Source of the DNA: Phoronis australis
Lineage: Eukaryota > Animalia > Phoronida
NCBI GenBank assembly: GCA_002633005.1
Contig: NMRA01000001.1
Coordinates: forward strand, 1,025,755-1,089,754
DNA: 64,000 nucleotides
Direction of reading: 5' to 3'
Each line of letters opens with the position of its first letter. The first letter of the stretch is position 1. A model generated the notes under the pieces. The model had not been told where the DNA came from. It did no database searches and saw only the letters and a list, made by a program, of their open reading frames with translations. A program made the translations under genes and the position numbers. This document shows, one piece after another, positions 27,385 to 39,107 of the stretch.

Positions 27385-28377
27385 NNNNNNNNNNNNNNNN
27401 NNNNNNNNNNNNNNNNNNNNNNNNNNNNNNNNNNNNNNNNNNNNNNNNNNNNNNNNNNNNNNNNNNNNNNNNNNNNNNNNNNNNNNNNNNNNNNNNNNNN
27501 NNNNNNNNNNNNNNNNNNNNNNNNNNNNNNNNNNNNNNNNNNNNNNNNNNNNNNNNNNNNNNNNNNNNNNNNNNNNNNNNNNNNNNNNNNNNNNNNNNNN
27601 NNNNNNNNNNNNNNNNNNNNNNNNNNNNNNNNNNNNNNNNNNNNNNNNNNNNNNNNNNNNNNNNNNNNNNNNNNNNNNNNNNNNNNNNNNNNNNNNNNNN
27701 NNNNNNNNNNNNNNNNNNNNNNNNNNNNNNNNNNNNNNNNNNNNNNNNNNNNNNNNNNNNNNNNNNNNNNNNNNNNNNNNNNNNNNNNNNNNNNNNNNNN
27801 NNNNNNNNNNNNNNNNNNNNNNNNNNNNNNNNNNNNNNNNNNNNNNNNNNNNNNNNNNNNNNNNNNNNNNNNNNNNNNNNNNNNNNNNNNNNNNNNNNNN
27901 NNNNNNNNNNNNNNNNNNNNNNNNNNNNNNNNNNNNNNNNNNNNNNNNNNNNNNNNNNNNNNNNNNNNNNNNNNNNNNNNNNNNNNNNNNNNNNNNNNNN
28001 NNNNNNNNNNNNNNNNNNNNNNNNNNNNNNNNNNNNNNNNNNNNNNNNNNNNNNNNNNNNNNNNNNNNNNNNNNNNNNNNNNNNNNNNNNNNNNNNNNNN
28101 NNNNNNNNNNNNNNNNNNNNNNNNNNNNNNNNNNNNNNNNNNNNNNNNNNNNNNNNNNNNNNNNNNNNNNNNNNNNNNNNNNNNNNNNNNNNNNNNNNNN
28201 NNNNNNNNNNNNNNNNNNNNNNNNNNNNNNNNNNNNNNNNNNNNNNNNNNNNNNNNNNNNNNNNNNNNNNNNNNNNNNNNNNNNNNNNNNNNNNNNNNNN
28301 NNNNNNNNNNNNNNNNNNNNNNNNNNNNNNNNNNNNNNNNNNNNNNNNNNNNNNNNNNNNNNNNNNNNNNNNNNNNN
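27385..28377. other. Assembly gap (993 N), expected to hold the missing Arp2 exons (LPDGR...KLS, about 93 aa)
   Basis: Run of N between exon 5 and the last exon; the intervening Arp2 residues were not found elsewhere in the window. Confidence 0.9.
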
Positions 28378-28801
28378 GCCGTCGGCCGACATTTTGTTTT
28401 CGCGAGTCATCGATCTAAATTCTTGGAAAACCCCTTCAATAACTCACGTTACCTCTCAGCAACGAATCAGAAAAGCTGTTAGAAATGAAGGTAAGGCTAT
28501 ATTTAAATTTGTGACGTACACAAAAGAATTCCCCTAATCAACCAATCAAATATTCTGTTGCTTGGAAGTTCGGCATATCGTGAGACCGATAAAGCGGTCC
28601 ACGGTGTTGAATGGAGGTATGTTTCAGAGACGGCTTAAGCGGTCTGCGGTGTTGAAAGGGTTAAGTGGGGTTCCAACCGCAATTTTTACAGTAAAATGTC
28701 CGCGTGAACCCTAAAAGTGACCTGCTCACGCCTGTTATCTATTGTGTCCCTACAGGGGGTACAGCGTAATGGAAATTCAATACACCTCATCACAAACTCA
28801 C

Positions 28802-28951
28802 AGTGTATTGCTCGACAAGGACTGTAGTTTCAAGGGCCAGTTTTTGTTCCTGCTCCACATTGTAGGCTGTGTAGCACAATTTCTCCTTCATCATACGGAT
28901 CGTCTCAAAGTCAGCGGAATGGTTGAATGCGTAGCCTCTAAGCAGTAGGAG
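28802..28951 (-). CDS. ACTR2: Arp2 coding exon 5 ([17 protein letters not shown]...VEQYT)
   Basis: TTCTCAG acceptor and ACT|GTGAGT donor; 150 nt; near-identical to known Arp2. Confidence 0.97.
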
Positions 28952-29693
28952 CTGAGAACGACACAAGAAACGCTTTTGAGACAACATCAAATAGACATAC
29001 AGTAAAAATGCCCCAGTTTGGGACAATGAAAAATTAATTATTTTGGCCAAGGCCTGCTACCAAATTTTAGAAATAAGCAATATTGGTCATCTCACATTCA
29101 AGAATTACAATCAATGACATATGATCATTCCACTCCATGTTAAACATTAGGACGCCTGACAATGTAGCGTAGGTGGCTGTTTCCCATGATTTTATAACCT
29201 GCCGAGTCTTTTTTCAGGTTCTGCTGATACACCACTGAAACAGATATTTGAAAAATATGACGAATGCTAAAAGTGTCAAGTCCCAATCTCCACAATCAAA
29301 AAAAATCAATTTCCACTTGAATGTCAGTGCCTCAAGATTTTAGAAACTGTCCCAAACAGGACAATTTTTACAATGTTGCAAGAGGATGGGTCTTCAGATT
29401 AAAATTAAAATCTATTACTAATACGTCATAAATTTTTTAAGTTTACAGAGCGATTACGGTGACCTGTTACATGTCAAGACAGTGGATAAGTTCAATGTTT
29501 TAGAAAGCCAAATCCTACTGCATACATGAGAATAGACTGATCACAGAATGTCTGAGCAGCGAAGAGAAAAACTTCCTGCTGTGCCGTTGATGAAAGCCTT
29601 ATGCGCCCCCTAGAGGCCATAAGATAAACTACGTAAGAACAATGACTCAAACTGGTCAAACAGTACCAAACTAGCCCAATTTTAACTCCTTAC

Positions 29694-29903
29694 CTTGATC
29701 AGATACCTGGTGATGTCTCGCCCTGCAATATCAAGCCTCCTGGTTAGATGTGGCAGGGCGAATCCCTCGTATACAGGACAGATGTGAGTGACGCCATCAC
29801 CAGAGTCTACCACCACGCCTGTGAGCAAGCCCTGGGCATACAGGGTGAGCACTGCCTGGATGGCGATGTAGACACTGTCAAACTGGTACTGCTCGAACAT
29901 CAC
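29694..29903 (-). CDS. ACTR2: Arp2 coding exon 4 (VMFEQYQF...ITRYLIK)
   Basis: TTGTAG acceptor and AAG|GTAAGG donor; 210 nt; contains [19 protein letters not shown]. Confidence 0.97.
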
Positions 29904-30034
29904 CTACAACAGGAAGGCAGATCATAGCATGAAAGGAGCAGAGCATGGACTGGTGTTCATACACCGCCCGTTTTTGTTCCCAAGCAAACTTCTATAAGAA
30001 CATCATATATTCACAAAAACAACAACGGTTTTAA

Positions 30035-30082
30035 AACTTGACATGTTTCGGTGTCATTTATTAAACACCATCCTCAGAAGTC
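30035..30082 (-). ncRNA. Minimal type-I hammerhead ribozyme, sense to the ARP2 pre-mRNA
   Basis: GACUU-CUGAGGA-U-GGUGU(loop)ACACC-GAAACAUGUC-AAGUU: intact core, stems I and II, palindromic ACAUGU at stem III, GUC triplet. Confidence 0.8.
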
Positions 30083-30485
30083 ATAATACAGTTCATTGTC
30101 ACTCCCTGTAACTGACTGTATCTGTGCTTCATTACTTGTTGCTGGGCCTAGCTAGGTGGCCACTGTATTATGACTTCTGAGGATGGTGTTTAATAAATGA
30201 CACCGAAACATGTCAAGTTTTAAAACCGTTGTTGTTTTTGTGAATATATGATGTTCTTATAGAAGTTTGCTTGGGAACAAAAACGGGCGGTGTATGAACA
30301 CCAGTCCATGCTCTGCTCCTTTCATGCTATGATCTGCCTTCCTGTTGTAGGTGATGTTCGAGCAGTACCANTTATTAAACACCGTCCTCAGAAGTCATAA
30401 TACAGTTCATTGTTACTCCCTGTAACTGACTGTATCTGTGCTTCATTACTTGTTGCTGGGCCTAGCTAGGTGGCCACTGTATTAT

Positions 30486-30533
30486 GACTTCTGAGGATGG
30501 TGTTTAATAAATGACACCGAAACATGTCAAGTT
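30486..30533 (+). ncRNA. Minimal type-I hammerhead ribozyme, inverted copy (also assembled at 30172-30219)
   Basis: Same 48-nt motif on the plus strand; predicted cleavage after C30528. Confidence 0.8.
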
Positions 30534-30898
30534 TTAAAACCGTTGTTGTTTTCGTGAATATATGCTGTTACTTGCTATATAAGAACATCAGCTTTGCAGC
30601 TTCGATAAAAAGTGATAAGTTTGAGTGTTAGCAGGTTGCTTTCAGTCACTCTTAAGCTTCGTAAGTCATTTTCCCCTGCATACTTCAGAGGTTATTTACA
30701 CGAGATTGTGTTTGTGCGCTTCGATTGGGTTTTGGAAATCAGTGGAACCCACTGGGGTTATTACTGCTACTATTATAAATCTCTATTATTATCCTTACCT
30801 AACACTATTACTATCACTGCAATGTAAGTCATTTGAATTCAACAACAAATCAGTCAAAGTTTCTCCCCACTCCTCGCCACTTGCACACAATCACCTAC

Positions 30899-31114
30899 CT
30901 CCACCATTTTCTCTCGGTTCTTGTTTGGATTCATGGGCGGCTCGGTCAACAGTATCTTGGTGTTGCGCGGGTCAATGTTCAACTTCTCCGGCCCGAACGT
31001 GTAGTTCCACACGTGCATCATGTCTTCCCAGTTGCGCACGATCCCGTTCTCCATCGGGTAGTTCACTTCCAACATTGACCTCAGCTGGCTGGCCTCATCG
31101 CCAACCATCAAATC
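30899..31114 (-). CDS. ACTR2: Arp2 coding exon 3 (DLMVGDEAS...NREKMVE)
   Basis: TTTCCAG acceptor and GAG|GTAGGT donor; 216 nt; [15 protein letters not shown] and [11 protein letters not shown] are Arp2 signatures. Confidence 0.97.
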
Positions 31115-34100
31115 CTGGAAACAAACAGCAGTGATTACGGTACTTCTCCAGTTACTTCGCACCCACCCCTCATTTCGCACACCCAGAATTTTCTACACGG
31201 CAAGATTTTAGTCAATTACTAAAAGCAATAGAACATTCACAGTTCGAAGCTCGTAAAAATTCCGGATAAAGATTTTCAATTAATACAACAGAGTTAGAAG
31301 CTTTTGTAAAATGAAAAATTAGCCACTATTTTGTTCGAAATTGGGGAGAGAATACTGTGGTTACCAGGTAATGAAACACCTTCTCCGAATTTATTATTAT
31401 TTTGTATTGGCTAGTCACAAGCACATGTAGAAATCCTGATGGCATCCGTTTTTGGGATCTGAAATATTTTGTGGTGGCTTTCAGTCTCGCACCCCTTCAA
31501 CTAAATCTGCTGATTAAAATTGGTGAAAGGCTTGCATACAACTAGCGCTTTCAAATTGAGAAATTTAGAAAACTCAAGAGTGGCCACTAACACGGACCAT
31601 TACCGTAATATTTTAAGTTACTGTAAGATTGTCAAACATTGCATAACATGATGTGCAAGCCTGAGAGAAGCGTGCAAACCTCTCTACAAATTACTGTACT
31701 TTTATCATCATTGTGGTGTTCAAATGTGAAGTCTGATATGGTGATGTAAACCTCATTTTCAATTTCAATTTGAATTGCACATAAATTGTAAAAAATTCTT
31801 CAAATTAATTCACAAAACAAACCCATGATGTCAGATATTACAGACTATTCTAATTAACACAGATGCACTTTTAATCACACGCTAACAGGTTAAAGGCAGT
31901 TAATTCAAAATCAGCGAAATGGTCAAGCCACTGAAAAGGTGAGCTACTCAAATACCGGCAATGGCTTGAGTGATGAACAAAAGGCAGTTAATTATAAATC
32001 ATACAAATCACTACCAAAACATGTTAAAGTTGAAAAATTATGTTTCCAAGTGAGTTGAAAACCATCATTAATGTTGAAATTTCCGTATATGTAAGTGTTC
32101 TCATCAGACTTGATATATAGAGAGAGCAGAGCACAGACCTGCCAGTGACGAAATAACAGTCCATCACAAGAGTGAACGGAAGACGACCAGTTTCGATCAA
32201 ATTTTTCCGTAAATTAAAATGAGATAAGAGTTTTTACCACTACATGGTATAATTCAGACTGCAAATGGCATCAAATATACTCCTGCTTAATTTCAGTCAA
32301 AACCTTCACGAAAGGCATTTGACATCAAACCAATCTAGTTTTAACTCATTCCCAACTCATGGTCTTTCAACAGGTAGTCAAATGTTTTCAAAATTCACCA
32401 GAACTAAATGTGGGATTCTCAATACAACTTTTCGAATTTCTGATGGTAAAACGACAAAAAGGTATCAAATGGCAATGAGCTTCACGTTTTATGAATTGCC
32501 AACTGAAAAACACAAATTCATGCTGAACTGTTACTCATGAAATGTTATTTTAATGTCTGTCAATTGAAGAAACTCTCTCTGTAATTCTAAACTGGTGAAA
32601 ATAGAGCAAGAGTATCTTCAGGACGGACAACAGAGTTTCAAGTTTCCCCGGTGAAAAAAAAAATCCATGGAAATATTGTTAGCACTATAGTCAAGGACAA
32701 CCAAATTGCGAGCATGACGGCCAAACTTGCGTGTGATGGATCATAATTAGAGCCCAGTAACAACACAGCATACAGTCGTTACATCAACCTCAAAATTCTC
32801 AAAACAGTGACAATTGTGAGTAGATTTTGAACCAAAACAGTAGCTTAAGCAGCAGGCCGCAATTCTATCACACAGCGCACAGAGTTCCTTCACAGCACAT
32901 TAACACAAACCCAGCACTGTATCTTTAGAATTTTTATTGACTAATGTAATATCTTATGAATTTCGGATAAAAATACTCGACAAAACTGATCTTTATCAAA
33001 AGCTTCTAACACTGTTGTGAACCAGGCTCACAAACTTGCAAAGCATCGTCCCCCACAGTAACTGAGGTGCAGTGTTTCAGAATGAGGAAGCACTTATTAA
33101 ATGCTACTTATGTCTCATAAAAAAGTAAAAATAACAAAATTTCAATTGTGTAACTTTTTAGAACACCTGTCTAGATTTAAAAGAGACATTTTCTCTTAAC
33201 TCATGGTCTGAAACATAAATTATAATTAAGGCTACTCAGCCGCACAAAAATGTTCTCAAACCTTAAGGGCGATAGGAAAAAATTCCCAAACAGACCATTC
33301 TGGGCATTCACAAGAAAAGAGTGTCAAAATGCCATCACTTGATGAACCAGCCCTTCCAGGATTGAACTGCCATATAGCAATCTCGGCGTTCTCAATGGAA
33401 GAAACTGGCAATAGCCAGATAAACGGCTGCTGAATTTTGGGAATCTTTTTCCTGCTTTGAAAAACATTCAACAAACTGGTCCTAAAAATCTAGGACCTCT
33501 GTAAGTTGCTACCACTGTAGAAACCAATTGCCATCACGAAAGCGAAAACTTTGAGACTAGTTTGTTAGGAGTCACGTCAACATCAGCTATCATTTTCTGA
33601 CAGATAATCCTAGTTAGGAGGAAACGACCTCTTAAGGTACAACATAAGCACCAATGTCTTTTTCCGATACAGCAGCGACCCAGACAAATTAACAGTGCTG
33701 CCAGACGGTGATACATTTCTGGTGGACAAATGCTCAGCGCCACCTACAATTCACGATTCGTTTTTGATTTGGATGGAGATTTCTCAGTGTACCAAGAGCG
33801 GTTTGGCGGGGTGGTGACAGCCACCTCCGTTAATCTAGTCCAACAAAATCTGGAATTGTATCTCTTGCAGAATACGTTTTATGCTCTCATTAAACTAGAA
33901 TTGAGAATGTCACGCAGATGCACAACAGCAAAATATCTTCACAACAAAAATACATTAAGTACTTAAACTTTAGCCCATGCAATACCTAAACACAATACAT
34001 ATTTAACCAAAAAGGTTCAGAATAGATATAAATAGGCAGAGTTTCTTTTCCAACAAGTTTTAACTTAAATGTTATTAATTAAAATAGCCCTGAAAGCAAC

Positions 34101-36126
34101 GTGAACTCAAAAAACAGACTTGGAGACTAGTATATCTTTCAAGAAAATAATACACAAGTTGCAAAGTAAAATTTCATTTCATATGGCAACAAATATCACT
34201 AAACTTGAACTATGGACACAACTACTGAAAGTCCACTTTGGTTTAGGTCCCAAATTCAGATAACCTGAAACCAGGTTCTTCAAATTTGGACATCCTTATT
34301 GAGGAACCTACTAAATTTCAACACCACACGTGAGAAAGTGTCCCTAGATAATATCACCAACCAAGCAAAAGAATACAAAATATAAAGACAAGAACCACAG
34401 TGAAATCAAACGAAATACAGAATTTCTAACTGCACAGCTAACTATAGATAGGCAATGAAAACCTGGAAATTATTATCGCTCAGAGCTCAACTGAAAATAC
34501 GGTGTTGCTTTACAAACCAAAGAATCATGCGGAGTTATTCAAACACAACACAAGGGTTAAGTACAATCCTGTCTCACTTACCCAACCCCGACCGCTTTTG
34601 TCATTTGACTGGTGGGCAACCTTGAAAATAACTCATCCTTTCAGCACGGACAATTCTGCGATGAACTGGGTTCGTTTTTTTCATTGAAGTTGTTGCAGTT
34701 ACAGATTTTGTTGTGTCTCGTCTCAACAAAGCATTAAAACATGAACACATGGAAAGGAAATATTGAATTTGCACTTAACAAACATTAAGTTCTACTGGCT
34801 GAAATGTTACCGAAATATTCCTACCTAAATTAAGCTAATAAAAGCTATTTGTATTTAGACTGACTTGCCAGAAACCCTTTAAAAACTTTTTTGCACGAGA
34901 GCTTTGAACAATTTATTTTTACAGAGACGAATGCTGGGGTGTCTTTCGTAGGTGCAAGTAAATTGCAACAACGAAAGATCACACGAGTCTTAGAAAGATA
35001 TCACCATGCATTACAAGCAAAGCACATGATCATACAAGAATTCCACGTAAGTTTCACGTGTCTATGGACGACAGCCCTGAAGTGATAGCATCCTAAGTAG
35101 AAATTTATTGAAGACCCATTCTCAGCGCCACCTATTGACTGGAAATGTAGACTACATTATAACTCCTGCAAATAAACAACTTCCCACACTACATATGATG
35201 TCTACCTCTCTCAACAAAAAGGTCTATCAATTCTGACCACAGATCAGTTAAGCCTTCAAGTTTCTAATTTAACTTCCACTCATCGCCCTCATAACAGAAT
35301 CAATATGCCTCGGTAAAAATTTCAGCAAATATGACTTGTGAATACCAGTCAAACACGTATACTGGTCTAAAAACTTGAGAACCTGGAGCACAGTAATTAA
35401 CGTCACTTGCTAGCAAAACCACATGTTGCACATGCATAGAGACATAACCTGTGTGAACTCACCCATGCTTTTCAATATGCTAACCTTACTGAACGTCAAA
35501 GTTACCGTTTTTTATGAAAAATATAATGTACGATAGCCAGTAACTGGAGTCAAGTCCAGAAAGCATTATATCTAGGTGTCAAGAGCGTCTGTTGCAAGAC
35601 ATGTTTCCTGACATGAATGTTCCGGCTTACTTTGGATAAAACATTGAAAGGCAAGTAATCGTAGTACTGTCGTCTGCATTTGCAATCAATCCTTTATACT
35701 TGCAGGTTAAGTGTCTTCAGCCATGTATGGTTTGTAATGACAGATTATACTTTATTTGGCTGTGGTCAGGAATTATTGTGGACCATGATTCAGAGAAGCA
35801 GGCTATCATTGAACTTGCCCATTACTTAGTTATTGTATGAAACAGGTTCTCTAAACCAGAGTCCACTATAGCATCTGATCAGTACTCTTTATTTTATTAC
35901 TAATAGAGCAAAACAATTAAGACGCACTTGCACAAAAAGGAACGTAAGGAACATCATTCTTACCATAGACAATGCCCACCATCTCTACTGCCAAGTACTG
36001 GCCTTATTTTTATTCGAGAGACGGCAGTCACTGTCTATCCTACCCATTGGCATTGTTTTGTGGCAACCACTGCCACAGGACCAGGGCAACCATTGCCGTA
36101 TTACAAGAGACAAAAGAGTGAATTAC

Positions 36127-36237
36127 CTTGACTTCGATGTCTCCAACTCTAGCTGTTGATCGCAGGATTGGCCGTCCGACGAGACTTGGAAAAATGAACT
36201 CCGGGAAGTTGCAACCGGCACGCCCAGTTTTGACAAA
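36127..36237 (-). CDS. ACTR2: Arp2 coding exon 2 (FVKTGRAG...VGDIEVK)
   Basis: TTTTTGCAG acceptor and AAG|GTAATT donor; 111 nt; matches Arp2 FVK.G.AG.NFPE.IFP.LVGRPI.RS. Confidence 0.95.
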
Positions 36238-36480
36238 CTGCAAAAATTAAGAAAAACGATAAACAAGCACATTAATATTGAATTTATGTTAACTTCAACA
36301 GCAAGTACAACAGTTTTAACTTGACGAATGTCCGAGGGAAAATCAGAAAGCACTTTTCAAAGTGCTATAAACACGGAGAACATTCACTTCCTGGATCAAA
36401 ACATTAGAGATGCGATGAACTGACAGCTCTTTTACAACTGATATAGCAGTCCAACTGGAGGAAAAATAAATATATCTTAC

Positions 36481-36540
36481 CCCAGTACCATTATCACAGA
36501 CAATAACGTCTTTTCCGTTTTGATCTACGCCTTTATCCAT
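36481..36540 (-). CDS. ACTR2: Actin-related protein 2, coding exon 1 (MDKGVDQNGKDVIVCDNGTG)
   Basis: ATG at 36540; ends GGG|GTAAG; 60 nt, phase 0; VCDNGTG is the Arp2 phosphate-1 motif. Confidence 0.93.
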
Positions 36541-36584
36541 GACGATGATTACGGATTTAAACCTGAATTTTACAGTCCACCAGC

Positions 36585-36695
36585 TCAGTCGATTGGGACG
36601 ACTGACACCTCCCAACTTCCGGCTTAATATTGCTTCTCTGTTGTAATGTGATTGGTCAAATGGGTAAATTGTAATTACAATAACCAATTGGAAAC
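36585..36695 (-). promoter_or_regulatory. Probable ARP2 proximal promoter (CCAAT boxes, ETS site)
   Basis: ATTGG/CCAAT near 36592, 36651 and 36684; ACTTCCGG near 36616; directly upstream of the ATG. Confidence 0.45.
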
Positions 36696-37000
36696 GGGTT
36701 TTCAAAATGTTGACACAGGAACAGAAACAGCTCCTGTTGGAGGTTTTCGGCAAAAAACAGGCTCACAAATTTGTACAGAAGTATCTATTGCCTTTCGAAA
36801 GCACATTTTGTGAAGTGCTCGTTCGATTTTATCTGTTGTCTGCGTCTGCATTATTTCCACTGACGTTCGATAGTGGATGAAAGAGACCTCTGGTGGAGAA
36901 CCGCTTTGGACAAGCACTTGTTACCGGAACACATCGGGTACTTCCGTAGATGAGATAATCGCCGGGGTAGCGATCGACGACGACGACCGACGTCCCATAT

Positions 37001-37162
37001 AAGGCGGATCCAGGGGAGGGGGTCTCAAGGGGGTCAAGACCCCCTTTTCCCTTGATTTTAGTGATATCAAATCTAGAATATTCATATTGTTGTCTTGGAC
37101 CCCCATTTTTAAAAAGTCCTTGAACCCGCCGATCCCCGGGCCCATTTTTAAAAAATCCTGGA
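37001..37162. mobile_element. GC-rich MITE upstream of ARP2
   Basis: GGCGGATCCAGG start and shared CCCCTTTTCCCTTGATTTTAGTGATATCAA with the 8486 copy; TSD not seen. Confidence 0.65.
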
Positions 37163-38504
37163 CTTAGTCGCCCTGAATCCGTCGAAGACAGGTTTAATTT
37201 TAGGAGCTATCACTGCGTCATTGGCGCCAACTTTAGTCACATGGGTTCTAGCGTATTGCAAAAACGTTCGGAAGATGTTCACTCCATGTAGTCAGGACTG
37301 CCCGGTTCCTGCGCTTCTTTCTTTCAACCGAGTCGTACGTTTAACTCTTCCTGAGGTAGCAGACAAAATCAGCTACATTTAAATGCCACCCCACCCGAAG
37401 AATGAAATCGAAAAAGGTCAGGCACTCTAGTAATGTGACCCGCATGCAGGTCCTAAAAATGGCCCCAGATTTGAGGCCATGTCGGTCTATCTACTCGAGC
37501 ACTGAGAGTAAAAATGGCACGCATGAAAACCTGCCTCCGAGTCCTCAGTAACGCTAGGTTCTCGCTAAAAAGCAAGACTTCGCGAGATTGCGTGAGATAT
37601 TGCCGTGTATTTTAAAGGAAAACACGTGACCATTGGTTAGATTTTAGCTAGGTACTAATGTAGGTCCTAGCGTTACTGAACGCACGCCTGGATTGACGTT
37701 TCCATGAATAATTTCAGCCTTCTGCGATGTACTGGGGCGACAATCAAGCATATAGTCTGGGAACCGACTTGCATCTCATTTTACCGGGCAGTGCGGGTGT
37801 GCTTCAATACAACTATGCAACTAAGCAATTGGTTATGCTATTTCGCCTGCAACGAACCAATCTATTCAGTACTGGCTGTCCTTGGAATTATAGTGTATCC
37901 CATTGTCTTCGCTACAATGCTTCCCGGCAGGTGTTCAGTCATAAGTTCTGCTGTGTTGCATTAAGAAATGCTACTTTCTGACTAACTTCCACTAATATCA
38001 ACAGAGTGTCATCTTTATCTGCTCAACAAATGAGTGTCAGTTCTTTTCCTGTGGCCTCTGCGTGCGTACAGATATAGGGCCTTCTAAGGTGTACAGTTAG
38101 GCAAGGTGGCGAAAGCCCGTCATGCAATGGATGAAAAAAACCGCAGCTTTTGTTCCGCTATTTTATGTCAAAATTGAGAAAGAAAGTGAAAATGGACAAG
38201 GTTTCTTTAGGTTTTCAGCGGATCGAGAAATGTTTTGTTTTTTACCTTTTAATTTGTATCTCTCGCTTTAAACCCAAAGTGTTGTAACCAATCAATGTCT
38301 TCCACTGATTACATCACGTGGCGGGAAACCAAAAAAATCACTAATGTTTCGTTGAAAATCAAAATTCCTCAATCATTTCCCAAAATAACTATTTCTTAAG
38401 TTAGATATTATGCTATAAATTTATTTTATCACATACTTGTTGAATACGTCGGCTGCAATACGGCCATGTGACATTGTTTTCCGTACTGCACTCCCGGGAA
38501 TACT

Positions 38505-38680
38505 TTAACAGCGCCCTCTGACATGTTAAGTACAACAGGTAGTCAATGTCGACTCGACGTCGTTGGCCGGCTCGATCATTAAAATTTCCCAAATAGTTCA
38601 AAATAATAAAATTGCATCTGTAAAAATAACACTCAACGTCCAAACAGGTCCAAACATAACATCTGGTACAAAACTCTTAA
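38505..38680. repeat. Dispersed repeat; direct copy at ~50135-50309
   Basis: Shared CCTCTGACATG...GTCAATGTCGACTCGACGTC...TCGATCAT...ATCTGG.ACAAAACT. Confidence 0.7.
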
Positions 38681-39107
38681 TTATACGACACTTATAATGT
38701 CCCTGAACTTCTTATGATGGTCGATTTTGAGATAGCTTTCGACTGTTTGCCATGGAAATTTCTCCACAATACATTAACGTTTTATTAATTTTGGCGAAGA
38801 TATACAAAAGTGGATACGTATTCTCGATCGTACTTCACGGGTCTGTATATTACAAAATGGAATGTCATCAAAGTCCTTTGAGACCTCTAGGGGTTGTAAG
38901 CAAGGACCCAGTGTCTCCGTATTTATTTTTTACTGTGAGTAGAAATAATGGGTTTGATGACTAGACTTAACAGTAATATAAAAGGTATCACAATAAATAA
39001 CACTCATCAATTTAAAATTCTGCAGTAAGCAGACGACTCTGTCATGGTTCTGGATGGGTCAGAATACTCGCTTAAATGTACTTTAAACTTACTTGATCAG
39101 AATGCCA

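Larger units (their letters stand above)
30006..30577. mobile_element. Penelope-like element-derived insertion with inverted terminal segment; partly duplicated by the assembly
   Basis: Flanked by the 13-bp direct repeat TATAAGAACATCA (29993-30005 and 30578-30590); ~89-bp inverted arms each carry the hammerhead. Confidence 0.7.

Noticed and set aside
27269-28537. Three long ORFs in the track
   Set aside because: They are read-through of the N gap.
29884-30371. Perfect 209-bp inverted repeat that includes an inverted piece of ARP2 exon 4
   Set aside because: It ends exactly at a single N (30371), after which 30058-30250 is repeated with a few SNPs. The assembler most likely turned back through the real ~89-bp hairpin, so the outer ~120 bp (about 30251-30370) and the extra copy are treated as artefact.
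30625-31134. Plus-strand ORFs overlapping ARP2 or GPCR exons (also 28742, 26462, 52678, 53028)
   Set aside because: Antisense shadows of real coding exons.
32080-32110. CTGATGA...GAAA on the minus strand as another hammerhead (similarly 63056 on plus)
   Set aside because: No convincing stem II, stem I or cleavage triplet.
35463-35990. Other donor-like sites in ARP2 intron 2 (near 35462 and 35963) as microexons
   Set aside because: One gives frame-shifting lengths; the other lacks a pyrimidine tract before the acceptor.
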